From an uncultured Candidatus Poseidoniales archaeon (GTDB taxonomy: Archaea > Thermoplasmatota > Poseidoniia > Poseidoniales > Poseidoniaceae): a stretch of DNA of 64,000 bases. Positions within the stretch are counted from its first letter, which is position 1. Every line of letters begins with the position of its first letter. Position numbers and translations under genes: made by a program. Shown in pieces: positions 40,687 to 50,426 of this stretch. The notes under the pieces were generated by a model. That model saw only the letters and a list, made by a program, of their open reading frames with translations, had not been told where the DNA came from and searched no databases. The DNA lies in contig CAZGJD010000003.1 of assembly GCA_964526385.1 (NCBI GenBank), forward strand, positions 55,225 through 119,224, written 5' to 3'.

Positions 40687-41490
40687 TCATAATTTTGCAA
40701 TCAACAAACTGCAATTATCTGTGCTCCCTCTATCCAGAGCATTCTGAACCATCAAGACTGGGATATTGTTGATACCTTCTACTAAAGAAGGAACTTCAAG
40801 GCCGTTTTCGGTGTGCAGTGGGCCCCAAACTCCATCACAACAAATTATGACGATACAATCCTTAGTTAGAGAAATTTCTTGGATTTGAGGTTTGCATTCA
40901 TTTTCACTTCCTAGGGACATTGTTAATACATTACTTCCGTGAGTTGATTCAACTTCGTGCAGTTTGATATATCCTGCTCTTACCATTTCTCCCGTCATCG
41001 AGTGGTCTTCACTTAACAAGTTCCATCCGTTTGCAGTAGAGTAATACATCCTTGAATCTCCAACGTGAACTAAATCAGACCACGCCACAGTACCATCTTT
41101 ACTCTTGAAAACTATTAGCGATGTTAGAGTTGAACCACTTTTTCCACCCTCGACTATGCCAACATATTCGACTGATTTGTTGGCTAATTGCACACATAAA
41201 TCCCAGGATTGTTTTCTTTGTTCAAAAATTGTACCTTGGGTGAAACCTCTTGAGATGTATTCCACAACGTCAGTAAAGGCGAGTCCTGCGTTTTCGCTGG
41301 CCTTTTCTCCGCTTGTCCCACCTCCCATTCCATCGAGAAGGCTATAGCAAAACAATACCCCGTCTTCTCTTTCAAAAGAGGTTGAAATTATGAAATCTTC
41401 ATCTTTTGGGCGTAGTCCGGTTACTGATTCAGCAAAGGTATTTGCCGTTGTGACCTTAACTCTATTATCCAAAATATCACCTATTGCCAA
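40687..41490 (-). CDS. PP2C/PPM-family Ser/Thr protein phosphatase
   Basis: R.KDED, LDGMGG, HVGDSR, EDHS, CCDGVW, GSTDN. Confidence 0.94.
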   Translation of the reverse strand: MAIGDILDNRVKVTTANTFAESVTGLRPKDEDFIISTSFEREDGVLFCYSLLDGMGGGTSGEKASENAGLAFTDVVEYISRGFTQGTIFEQRKQSWDLCVQLANKSVEYVGIVEGGKSGSTLTSLIVFKSKDGTVAWSDLVHVGDSRMYYSTANGWNLLSEDHSMTGEMVRAGYIKLHEVESTHGSNVLTMSLGSENECKPQIQEISLTKDCIVIICCDGVWGPLHTENGLEVPSLVEGINNIPVLMVQNALDRGSTDNCSLLIAKL

Positions 41491-43829
41491 GTTGTATAGT
41501 CACTTGATGCTGAAGACTGGTTTGTCTGAATTTGACCACCTTGATTTCTTAAAATCTGCTGGAATTCTGAGACCGTTTGAATTCGTTGTTCGTTTCTTGG
41601 CCAAGCGGACCTAATCATCAAATCGGCTAACCAAACCGGAGAGCCTAAACTTATCATCTCATTCTTTTCCATTTCAGTAATTATAGTAGGAGGAACTTTG
41701 TACGTCATAAGGTAATACAAACACTTACCCAAACTGTAAACATCTGTGAAAGGACCTGAAACCCCAGAATCTCTTTCTGGAGCGGTCCAGGTTCCGCTTC
41801 CACCTCTTGTTACGCTGATGTCACTTCCAGTAGCAACTATTTTTGCAAGGCCGAAGTCGATTACAATCGGTCCTCGTTCAGGATGTACAATTATGTTATG
41901 AGGTTTCAAGTCTCTGTGATAAATTGGTTCTGGCAACGATGCCATGTAGATTAATGGCTCACAGGATTGATCTAACAATTCAATAATTCTCTCAAGTGGT
42001 ATAGTCGCATTCATCTTCTTACATTGTTCAACCGTTTCTTGTAATGAACCACCGGGAATGAATTCCTGAATCAAAACGGTTGTTTGTGCACCTTCTGGAC
42101 TATTCGAATATCCATGAGTGATGTATTTCGGTAGCCTCTCATGTGCCAACTGCGTTAGTAATTCGCATTCACCCAACATTTTCTGATTCGATACGCTGAA
42201 CGGATTAAATCGGTTGTGAGATTCCTTCCATGCAACTACCTGTCTAGTCGTAGTGTGCGTTGCTCTGTAAACGTCCGCCATACCTCCTTGAGCAATTAAT
42301 TCATGTCTGGTATATACAACCAAATTTGGGTCTGCATTAGCGCCAATTTTACTGCCTGAATTTGTTTGAGTGTTAGCGTATTGTGCAGTATTTGCTGCTG
42401 AGTAATTCGATGTGCTTGATATAGCGCCCTCCGATTGTAATAAACTGTAGGCATCATTCATGTCTTGCTGTGCACTTGCCGTCAAAGAACGACTCGGCTG
42501 ACCGGTTTGGAAATTAGTTGGCGTTTGTTGTTGATAGGCAGTCGATGGAGTACTTGCTACAGACTGTGTTTGGTTAACATAACTTGGGTAGGATACTGAA
42601 CCATAATCTTGCTGAGTATACTGATATTGCTGAGCTATGGGCTGTCCTTGTGTTGTAATAACTTGATTAGATTGGAATAAATTAGGCCTAGTTAGGTCTT
42701 GATGATTTTTTAATTTCTTAATTTCCGTGTAAAAATTATTATGATTTACAATAAATAAAATCCAAGTAAAGAACAATACACCAAACCCTATTACAATATT
42801 TGTAATATAATATTCATCATCACCATATAGACTATACCAACTACACCTCTCGTTTTCAGACCCGTAAGGAGTGTAATAATGTTCACAATCTACCCAAAGG
42901 TTCTCTATGAAAATAATATCCATAGATACACTTGCTATCATAATGATCAATATTAAACGTTGACCAAAGTTACCATATTCTACGGCCTTTAATTGATTTT
43001 TAGTGGTAATAAAAGGATAACAAGATACTGCTAAGAGTGCGACCAAGACGAATACTAATAAAATTTCATCGCCAAACAAAAGAGAAATCGGGAAAATACA
43101 TAAACAGTAAACGATCAACATTTTCCATCCTTGTAATAATCCCTTGAATGTGTTGTTTTCTTTGCTGTGAACAAGTCTAGTAAAAATCTGTTTTGTTATT
43201 ATATGTCTAATGATTAAAACAAACGCAACAATAAAAGCAAAAATTCCTAGCGTGATAAAACCAAACACAAAATTCGGATAGTAGTAAGCATATTCATACG
43301 CATTATAATCAGTAGAACTGAGTGTGAAAAAGGTAAAATTTAACCACCATATGAAAATCCATAATATAGCAACATTCAGGATTTTAATGGAAGTTGAATT
43401 GAAGTGAAATTCGATACCTTCTACTGAAGCATGCAGTAAAAGAAGCCTGCGGTGCTCTTCCATTGCAAACGGGATTATCATTAAATTGATTAGAGGAATA
43501 AAAGCCATTGCAAAGAGAAATTTTTGAAAATCCCCCCTCACACCTAATTTTACGAGATAATTCATCTTGTTTGAAAGTGAAATACAATACGCCATACCAA
43601 ACAAGTAGGATGGTATCATCCACCATCCGAAATTTCCTATAACCCAGAAGGTGATAAAAGCAAAAATTACAGTGTTAACCGGTAAGTGTACAATTCTTAA
43701 ACTATCCTTGATGTATGATGTTTCTCCCTGCTGAAACTGTTGAAGAGGGTAAGGCTTGATAACTTGGTTATTTGTCAAAATGGTCTGATGAGAGAACATT
43801 TGTTGACCTGCTGGAATCATGTCCCTCAA
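41481..43829 (-). CDS. Multi-TM Hanks-type Ser/Thr protein kinase (paralog 1)
   Basis: About 8 TM helices, Q/S/T-rich linker; GGMADVY, VAWK, HRDLKPHN, DFG, TAPE, DVYSLG. Confidence 0.93.
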   Translation of the reverse strand: MRDMIPAGQQMFSHQTILTNNQVIKPYPLQQFQQGETSYIKDSLRIVHLPVNTVIFAFITFWVIGNFGWWMIPSYLFGMAYCISLSNKMNYLVKLGVRGDFQKFLFAMAFIPLINLMIIPFAMEEHRRLLLLHASVEGIEFHFNSTSIKILNVAILWIFIWWLNFTFFTLSSTDYNAYEYAYYYPNFVFGFITLGIFAFIVAFVLIIRHIITKQIFTRLVHSKENNTFKGLLQGWKMLIVYCLCIFPISLLFGDEILLVFVLVALLAVSCYPFITTKNQLKAVEYGNFGQRLILIIMIASVSMDIIFIENLWVDCEHYYTPYGSENERCSWYSLYGDDEYYITNIVIGFGVLFFTWILFIVNHNNFYTEIKKLKNHQDLTRPNLFQSNQVITTQGQPIAQQYQYTQQDYGSVSYPSYVNQTQSVASTPSTAYQQQTPTNFQTGQPSRSLTASAQQDMNDAYSLLQSEGAISSTSNYSAANTAQYANTQTNSGSKIGANADPNLVVYTRHELIAQGGMADVYRATHTTTRQVVAWKESHNRFNPFSVSNQKMLGECELLTQLAHERLPKYITHGYSNSPEGAQTTVLIQEFIPGGSLQETVEQCKKMNATIPLERIIELLDQSCEPLIYMASLPEPIYHRDLKPHNIIVHPERGPIVIDFGLAKIVATGSDISVTRGGSGTWTAPERDSGVSGPFTDVYSLGKCLYYLMTYKVPPTIITEMEKNEMISLGSPVWLADLMIRSAWPRNEQRIQTVSEFQQILRNQGGQIQTNQSSASSDYTTWQ

Positions 43830-44161
43830 TCTATGCTAACCCTCTATCACATAAATTGATTTCCGACATTATGCCTATCAAGACCAAGTGGTAAAGTCAC
43901 CTGAAGATATACTTTGACTCCTGTCAAATGAAAGATTACCCTTCGAATGCAATATTTCATTGAAATGACGCACGGTCTGTATTCTTTGGTCATGAACTGG
44001 CCAAGCTGCGTTCAGCATCAAATCAGCTAACCAATCTGGTGCGCCATTTTGAATCATTTCTTGTTTTTCTCTATCGGTTACAATCGTTGGAGGAACTTTG
44101 TATGTTATCAGGTAATACAAACACTTACCCAAACTGTAAACATCTGTGAAAGGACCTGAAA
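41710..44161. repeat. Direct repeat between the two kinase genes: 52 bp identical at 41710-41761 and 44110-44161, with further near-identical blocks at the same 2400-bp offset
   Basis: Direct base comparison; 41890-41930 vs 44290-44330 differ at one base. Confidence 0.9.
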
Positions 44162-46007
44162 TTCCTGAATCCCTTTCTGGAGCGGTCCAGGTTCCACTTC
44201 CTCCTCTTGTTACGCTGATGTCACTTCCAGTAGAAACTATTTTTGCCAATCCGAAATCGATCAGTACCGGGCCTCTGTCAGGATGAACGATTATGTTATG
44301 AGGTTTCAAGTCTCTGTGGTAAATTGGTTCATCCAGGGTGGCCATGTAAATTAGTGGCTCACAGGTTTTACCTAGCAGATCTATAATCCTGTCTTGTGGG
44401 ATTATAGCACCCATTTTTCTACACTGTTCGATTGTTTCTTGAAGGGAACCTCCTTCGATGAACTCCTCAATGAGTACGAACTTTTCTTGACCAAAGTCTG
44501 CTGAAACAGAACCCCTTGCTATGTATTTTGGAAGCCGTGGATGTTCTAAAAATTCGAGAAGTTCACATTCTCCGTCGATTTTCATATTCGATACATTAAG
44601 TGGATTAAAATCACCATGGGCTTCTTTCCATACAACTTGATTTCTCGTTGTTTTATTTATTGCCGCATAGACATTAGCCATTCCGCCTTTTGCAATAAGT
44701 TCCTGCTTCTCATACACCGATAAACCATCTGTCAAATCTTTGATGGGATTGGTGTTTGTGTTATCGTTTCTTGTAGGATTTAAATCCTTCAATTCCGGCG
44801 CCTCAATGCGTGGTGTGGAAATAGAGTTGACGGCCGAATTGATTAGGCTGTTAGATTCTGTTTGGATATTATTTGACTCGTCTTTTGTATCCATGCCATT
44901 TGCTACTAGCAACTTCTGATGTTGTAAGTCTAAATTTCTATGAGTATTTGCAATTGCGATTAAAACACACAATAGCAAAGCACTGTGAATTAAAATTATT
45001 ATCAGTTCAAGATCTGAAATTTGAAAATCAAGTTCTGAACTTGCCTGATATGTATAGTAGCCCTTCCATTCATAAACATATAATGGCGTAAAAAATAGAA
45101 TAATTACCAAAAACAATAACTTGAGACTAAAATCCATTAAATTGCTATTTGAATAAACTCTGGAGAAATTTTTTGTGAAGTACAAGTAAATTAAAACCGA
45201 TGTCTCAGAGAGGAAATATGCATATACAATACTGGTTAATTGTGATTGCATCATATTTTCGATATTAAATAAATCTGGCATAATTATGTAGTAAAATGTA
45301 AACAATGCAGTAAACAATGTAAAAACAAACAAGTCAATTGAAGAACTAACCTCCTCACCATGTTCAAACCATGATGCTGTCTGCTGTTGAATAACAAAAT
45401 GAATAAGTATTGAAAAAGATATTAATAAAATCCCAAAAATGGTCGAAAGGTTGGATTCTCCAATCTCTTCTTGATACCAATCTAAATTTACAGATAAAAT
45501 TAAAGCAATAAAAGTAGACAAAACTAGAACGTAATTTAATGCTGTAATCCAATTCCTACCGAAATTGAAATCCAATTCTTCAGCAGAGCAATGCAGATGA
45601 ATTAGCCTTCTATACTCGTCATAAGCAAATGGTATAATTAATAAATTCATTAGGGGTATGAATGCTATCCACTTCAAAGAATCTTTGAGATACCGTCTAT
45701 CAGGCATTATAGCTAATTTATCAAATCTGTAATATATTGATAATGCCAAAACCAATCCAAAAATATACGCTGATATGTAAAAAAACCAAAAAAATCCAAC
45801 CAAAATCGTTGATAGAAATACAAAGGTAGGCGTATCAATGAACTTATCTTGTTGCTTAAATGAGTTTTTGATAGACGTAATTTCCAATTCTGTGAATTGA
45901 GCTAGGTCATAATTTGTAAAAACAGAAGATTTGGAATCCGATAACGATTCCCCTCTCCCTTCGATGTAGGAAAAACGATTTGCTTCCATGTAAATTCCTC
46001 TAATCAT
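43878..46007 (-). CDS. Multi-TM Hanks-type Ser/Thr protein kinase (paralog 2)
   Basis: About 8 TM helices; GGMANVY, VVWK, HRDLKPHN, DFG, TAPE, DVYSLG. Confidence 0.93.
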   Translation of the reverse strand: MIRGIYMEANRFSYIEGRGESLSDSKSSVFTNYDLAQFTELEITSIKNSFKQQDKFIDTPTFVFLSTILVGFFWFFYISAYIFGLVLALSIYYRFDKLAIMPDRRYLKDSLKWIAFIPLMNLLIIPFAYDEYRRLIHLHCSAEELDFNFGRNWITALNYVLVLSTFIALILSVNLDWYQEEIGESNLSTIFGILLISFSILIHFVIQQQTASWFEHGEEVSSSIDLFVFTLFTALFTFYYIIMPDLFNIENMMQSQLTSIVYAYFLSETSVLIYLYFTKNFSRVYSNSNLMDFSLKLLFLVIILFFTPLYVYEWKGYYTYQASSELDFQISDLELIIILIHSALLLCVLIAIANTHRNLDLQHQKLLVANGMDTKDESNNIQTESNSLINSAVNSISTPRIEAPELKDLNPTRNDNTNTNPIKDLTDGLSVYEKQELIAKGGMANVYAAINKTTRNQVVWKEAHGDFNPLNVSNMKIDGECELLEFLEHPRLPKYIARGSVSADFGQEKFVLIEEFIEGGSLQETIEQCRKMGAIIPQDRIIDLLGKTCEPLIYMATLDEPIYHRDLKPHNIIVHPDRGPVLIDFGLAKIVSTGSDISVTRGGSGTWTAPERDSGISGPFTDVYSLGKCLYYLITYKVPPTIVTDREKQEMIQNGAPDWLADLMLNAAWPVHDQRIQTVRHFNEILHSKGNLSFDRSQSISSGDFTTWS

Positions 46008-46102
46008 AACCTATACATCATCCATTTAAAAGAATAGAAGATAAAATCATGTTTCGATTTTTTTTATATAGGATATAAATAATAGAATTTGATAATTATA
46101 AT

Positions 46103-46879
46103 ATGGGCGATGATGATAACGACATCATTAGCCCTGATGGGCACTACCGCTGGAATGGAGAAGAATGGGAATTAATCGACATTGTTAAAACACTTGAAAA
46201 AATTTCTCAGGAAACATCAGAAACTTTGAATGAAGAATTTCAAACTAATGAACCAAATCAAGAAACTGAAACGATAACTCAAGAATCAATTTCGTTAAGC
46301 GAAAGTGAATCAAGTCATGGTATTTTGGGTGATTTCTTCAATAAGTTACTTTCTAAAGAAAAAACCGCTCTGAAATTCATCCTTCTAAACTGGTGGGGAT
46401 GCTTAGTTTTAATTCTGATATGTTTCAATGTAATTTCAATTGGTTCTGTTTACGTAGATCCATGGGACCCGTTTGAAGCAGTATTTTATTTCGGCTCAGA
46501 GAGATGTGCTTGGGATTCTACACCCTGTTTTGAAAATCTTGATATTTTCTCGATGAATTATACTTTCCGAATTTTTGTCTTTATTTCGTTGTTCATGTAC
46601 CTAATTAGTTTCTACTTGAATGTCTATTCACTTGCGGAAGGTTCACACCCATCAAAAGTAAATCTGAATTTTTCCATTGCTGGTAATCTCATGTTGATAT
46701 TTTCTGCACTTTACTACTACAATTCTAACATTTTAGATAGAATTGAAATTACTACAGGATGGTCGTCTTTCAATTTTAGACCCATGATTGGCATTCATCT
46801 TTTGCTACTAACGGGAATTTACTCTTTAGTTTACAATCTAATATTTTGGAAACATACTAAAGAAAATCCAATCATTTGA
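46103..46879 (+). CDS. Hypothetical 4-TM membrane protein with N-terminal SPDGxxxWNGxxW motif
   Basis: Acidic N-terminus, four hydrophobic segments, Cys pair in the first loop. Confidence 0.75.
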   Translation: MGDDDNDIISPDGHYRWNGEEWELIDIVKTLEKISQETSETLNEEFQTNEPNQETETITQESISLSESESSHGILGDFFNKLLSKEKTALKFILLNWWGCLVLILICFNVISIGSVYVDPWDPFEAVFYFGSERCAWDSTPCFENLDIFSMNYTFRIFVFISLFMYLISFYLNVYSLAEGSHPSKVNLNFSIAGNLMLIFSALYYYNSNILDRIEITTGWSSFNFRPMIGIHLLLLTGIYSLVYNLIFWKHTKENPII

Positions 46880-46886
46880 TTCGGAT

Positions 46887-48275
46887 TTATTTTTTCTTAC
46901 CTAGACAATTCCGCAAGCAAGATTCAAGATCACTGAATGTGAATTCAAATCCAGATTCAATTAGCCTATTAGGACGTACATCCTGTCCATCTAAAACGAG
47001 TTTTTGACCCATTTCACCAAATAAAATTTTGATGACGAAACCAGGCAGGGGAGCGAAAGCTGGTCTTCTTAGAACTTTACCCAAGGTCTTAGCAAATGTC
47101 TTTTGATTAACTGGAGTTGGTGCACACAAATTGTAAGGTCCAGACGAATTCTCATCCATCATCAGGTGATGTATTGCATAAATTTCGTCGTCGAGTGAAA
47201 TCCAGGATTGCATCTGCTTACCTCCGCCTACCGGACCACCAGCACCGAATTTCGCAGGAAGCAATAGTTTTGCAAGGGCACCACCAAGAGGGGATATTAC
47301 GATTCCCGTCCGCAATAGTGAAACTCTGATACCAGCAGAACTTGCTGGTTTGGTTGAATCCTCCCATTCTCTACAGATTTCAGCAAGTATGTCATCTCCA
47401 GTTTTGGAATTTTCATCTAAAACTTCAGTTCCTCTATTCCCATAAAAGCCAACAGCAGAACCACATAAAAACGACTTTGGAGGATTTTTTAATCCGGCCA
47501 AGATCTTCGATAGGTTTGTAGTTGGTATTACTCTACTGTCTCGAATTAACTTCTTTCTTTTAGTGGACCATCTCTTGTCTCCAATTCCAGCACCTGCTAG
47601 GTGAATTATAGCGTCAAAATCTTCAAATGTTCCCTCGATGATTTCACCTGTTAAATCGTTCCAAACTACAGTCTTGTCCTTGTTGACATCCTTCGGTAAT
47701 TTTGTTGTTGGTCGAACTAAACGATGAACATTGTGACCTGCCGCCTCGAGAAAGGCACACAGTTGGAGTCCAATCATGCCTGTTGATCCAGAAACTAATA
47801 CTCTCTGTCTTGGTAGGTGACTTGTCTTTTTGATTTGGTTAAGGTCGTTAAGCACTATATCTGTTCGATACTTAAACATCTGAATCATTCGCGGTTTAAC
47901 GCTAAATGGTGCTGACCATCCAGTCAAGAAATGTAAAGGCAATTTATATTCGACATTATCATTTACAATGGTTGAATCGCCATCTTTTTCAAAAGTGTGT
48001 CGATGGTTCCATGCTCCAAATGGGCCTTTCACCATTCTATCAGAAAAACCGATACCGTGTTTTACAGAATGATGACGTGCAAGCCAGGTACGCTTGATAG
48101 GGCCTATGCTCACCTTGAAGATCGTTTCTTCGCCATCTTTTAGTCCACCAGCTTGGATGGGGTCGATTCCTTCCCACTCAGGCATGATTCTACGGAATGC
48201 ACCTGGACTGTCGTACCAGTTCCAAATTTCTTCAATGTTGGCGTTAAACTTAGCCTTGTGATTGAAAACTGCCAT
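46887..48275 (-). CDS. SRPBCC domain fused to TIGR01777-family NAD-dependent epimerase/oxidoreductase
   Basis: N-terminal F.DRMVKGPF..WNHRH; VSGSTGMIG, IHLAGAGI..RW, SAVGFYG, EWE, LRTGIV. Confidence 0.92.
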   Translation of the reverse strand: MAVFNHKAKFNANIEEIWNWYDSPGAFRRIMPEWEGIDPIQAGGLKDGEETIFKVSIGPIKRTWLARHHSVKHGIGFSDRMVKGPFGAWNHRHTFEKDGDSTIVNDNVEYKLPLHFLTGWSAPFSVKPRMIQMFKYRTDIVLNDLNQIKKTSHLPRQRVLVSGSTGMIGLQLCAFLEAAGHNVHRLVRPTTKLPKDVNKDKTVVWNDLTGEIIEGTFEDFDAIIHLAGAGIGDKRWSTKRKKLIRDSRVIPTTNLSKILAGLKNPPKSFLCGSAVGFYGNRGTEVLDENSKTGDDILAEICREWEDSTKPASSAGIRVSLLRTGIVISPLGGALAKLLLPAKFGAGGPVGGGKQMQSWISLDDEIYAIHHLMMDENSSGPYNLCAPTPVNQKTFAKTLGKVLRRPAFAPLPGFVIKILFGEMGQKLVLDGQDVRPNRLIESGFEFTFSDLESCLRNCLGKKK

Positions 48276-48279
48276 TTTT

Positions 48280-49839
48280 TCACCTCTTCTCGTAATTTAT
48301 TTTCACAGAATTTGCTAGTTGAGATTGGAATAAAGTAGATTGTCTTGATGATGGGTTTGAATATGTTTCAACATACTTTCTAGTTTTGAATTTTCGTTTC
48401 GTAGAATCTGTCGTCATACACCTAATTTTTCCATAAACTGGTCTTTCCGTCCATCCCCTGTCGAATTTACCTAAGACCCAGCCTATCCCAGTGTAGGTAT
48501 TGGGATCCCTTCCGTCAAGGCCCCATTTATCATTTAGTTCAATCATGTAATCCATAGCAATTTGCGCATTAGGAGTCCACTCGAGTATTTTCTTACCCCA
48601 CAGCATTCTTAGATAATTGTGAATGATTCCGTCATTTTTTAATTGGCACTGTGCAGCATTCCACAATTCATCATGAGTCTCACCATTCTCAAATTCTTCA
48701 AGGGTATACAAATATGGCCTCTCGTCATGTTCATGTTCCTTCAGAGTGGTTTTTGCCCAGTCAGGAAGTGATTCATATGAATCATGATTTTCGTTTTGAG
48801 CACAATGTAAGAATCCTAAATCTCTCCATGTGATAACCTGATCTAAGAATGATTCCACGTCCTTGGGTAGCCCCCACCATCCACTTCTTCTACCATCATT
48901 TGGCGGAGTAATGTGCATTATGTCCCAATTGTATTTCTCAAAAATTTCTCTCAAAATTTGGTGAGCGCTGATGTGTCCAAAGTGGAGGTAGGGCGAAAGA
49001 CCACTAGACCCGTTTAATTCTGGTTCATTTCTATTATCTCCATATCTCTCTAATCGATTGTGGAGGAAATCATTCCATTTCTTTACGGCCTCTGTAGTGC
49101 CTCCTTTGACATGATTAACTGGGTAAACGGAGTGATCTATGGAAAGTACAGAAAGTGCATTTTCTCCAATTTTATCTGGCTCACATACTCTCCAAAGGAA
49201 TTCATAAGGTGTAATAGGAGTATCACTGGCCTCGAATATTTTCTGGACTATTCCATAGTCCAATTTTTCTAGATTAGAAGCTTTCTCAAGTGGTTTGGGT
49301 TCTGGGAATTCCGCCAGGTGGTCGGTAATGGTTTTGTGGAGGTGCCTGCGAAGTGAATATGCGGTCGTAAAACTCTTTTCAGTGTGGTTATGAGCCATGA
49401 ATCCGTTGCTATCAACGACGTGAACTTCACAACCGGCCATTTTGATTGCGAGTTCCTTAACTTTTCTAGGATAGTATGACGGATAGTCATCAATCACCAG
49501 ACATTCGGCGAATTCCATCCATTTAGAAAGTAGACCCTTTGCTTCATTCGGTTTAGTTTCCACATAAGGAACGTAGGTGACGTTAGAATCTTCGAATATT
49601 TTCTTGTTCGATAACATACCCTGAATCACGAAAGTGTGTATTCTATCATTTGCATACTTGTGACCAATAGCTAAGGGCTCTACTACAACAAGCGGTAGTT
49701 TCTTCTTTTTGGCAAGGGATATAGCATGCTCTAGACTGTGGTTGTAGAAGGCCCTCCTGGAGGAAATCATCCAGTAAACTACACAGTCTCCAGGAGTTTT
49801 GGTCTCCCCAAAAGTTTCCAGTCTTGATCCAGGTATCAT
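48280..49839 (-). CDS. phr: Class II CPD photolyase
   Basis: VVYWM..RRA..N, SGLSPYLHFGHIS, THDELWNAAQ, HNYLRMLWGKKILEW, LDGRDPN. Confidence 0.94.
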   Translation of the reverse strand: MIPGSRLETFGETKTPGDCVVYWMISSRRAFYNHSLEHAISLAKKKKLPLVVVEPLAIGHKYANDRIHTFVIQGMLSNKKIFEDSNVTYVPYVETKPNEAKGLLSKWMEFAECLVIDDYPSYYPRKVKELAIKMAGCEVHVVDSNGFMAHNHTEKSFTTAYSLRRHLHKTITDHLAEFPEPKPLEKASNLEKLDYGIVQKIFEASDTPITPYEFLWRVCEPDKIGENALSVLSIDHSVYPVNHVKGGTTEAVKKWNDFLHNRLERYGDNRNEPELNGSSGLSPYLHFGHISAHQILREIFEKYNWDIMHITPPNDGRRSGWWGLPKDVESFLDQVITWRDLGFLHCAQNENHDSYESLPDWAKTTLKEHEHDERPYLYTLEEFENGETHDELWNAAQCQLKNDGIIHNYLRMLWGKKILEWTPNAQIAMDYMIELNDKWGLDGRDPNTYTGIGWVLGKFDRGWTERPVYGKIRCMTTDSTKRKFKTRKYVETYSNPSSRQSTLFQSQLANSVKINYEKR

Positions 49840-49847
49840 CCAAACAC

Positions 49848-50342
49848 CTATGTAACTAACTTTGAGTGTCTATTCATGCTGTAAACGTAGTAGGATTGGC
49901 CAGATTTCGAAAGTGGCTTTCTTGGCTGAATCGACATTCTAAATCCACTAAGCCCTTCGATTGCGAGGTTGTGCATGGTTTCAGATATCCATTCTAATGA
50001 TTGGAGTTGATTTAGAGAGAACCAATCGTATTCGGTTATTTCATTGCTCTCATGTCCGTCTTTTTTAGTTTCGATGTTAACATCGTAGCACAAGAAAACC
50101 GCAGGTATTCCATTGTTAGTAGTGGACCTCACTGCGGCTAAACCAATAATCGAGCCAGTCGAGCCGGTTTCCTCAATCAACTCCCTGAGGACAGCCGCCT
50201 CGGGGCTTTCATCGGCTTCGACATAACCCTTGGGAAGTCCCCACTTTCCGGCATAGTTTCCTGATGCTTCTTTCACGAGTAGGATTCTTGATTCATCAAT
50301 TACCCTTGCAGCGACTCCCAAATCGCAAGATTTACTGTCCAT
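49848..50342 (-). CDS. NUDIX hydrolase
   Basis: Nudix box GYVEADESPEAAVLRELIEETG; start moved to ATG 50342, downstream of the TATA motif. Confidence 0.9.
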   Translation of the reverse strand: MDSKSCDLGVAARVIDESRILLVKEASGNYAGKWGLPKGYVEADESPEAAVLRELIEETGSTGSIIGLAAVRSTTNNGIPAVFLCYDVNIETKKDGHESNEITEYDWFSLNQLQSLEWISETMHNLAIEGLSGFRMSIQPRKPLSKSGQSYYVYSMNRHSKLVT

Positions 50343-50359
50343 GTAGGAACGTGAATTCA

Positions 50360-50380
50360 TTGATATATATACCACCGTTT
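50360..50380 (-). promoter_or_regulatory. BRE/TATA promoter motif AAACG-N4-TATATATATCAA for the NUDIX-photolyase-epimerase operon
   Basis: Minus strand reads aaacg gtgg tatatatatcaa, 17 nt before ATG 50342; same motif at 52925-52945. Confidence 0.7.
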
Positions 50381-50426
50381 TTTTCCGTTCAGCAAAATAA
50401 CGAGATATTATAACCTCCGTCAATTA

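Noticed and set aside
38052..46886. Integrated mobile element at tRNA-Asn
   Set aside because: No integrase or transposase, and I found no duplicate of the tRNA 3' end at the far boundary; it can only be called a variable-looking island
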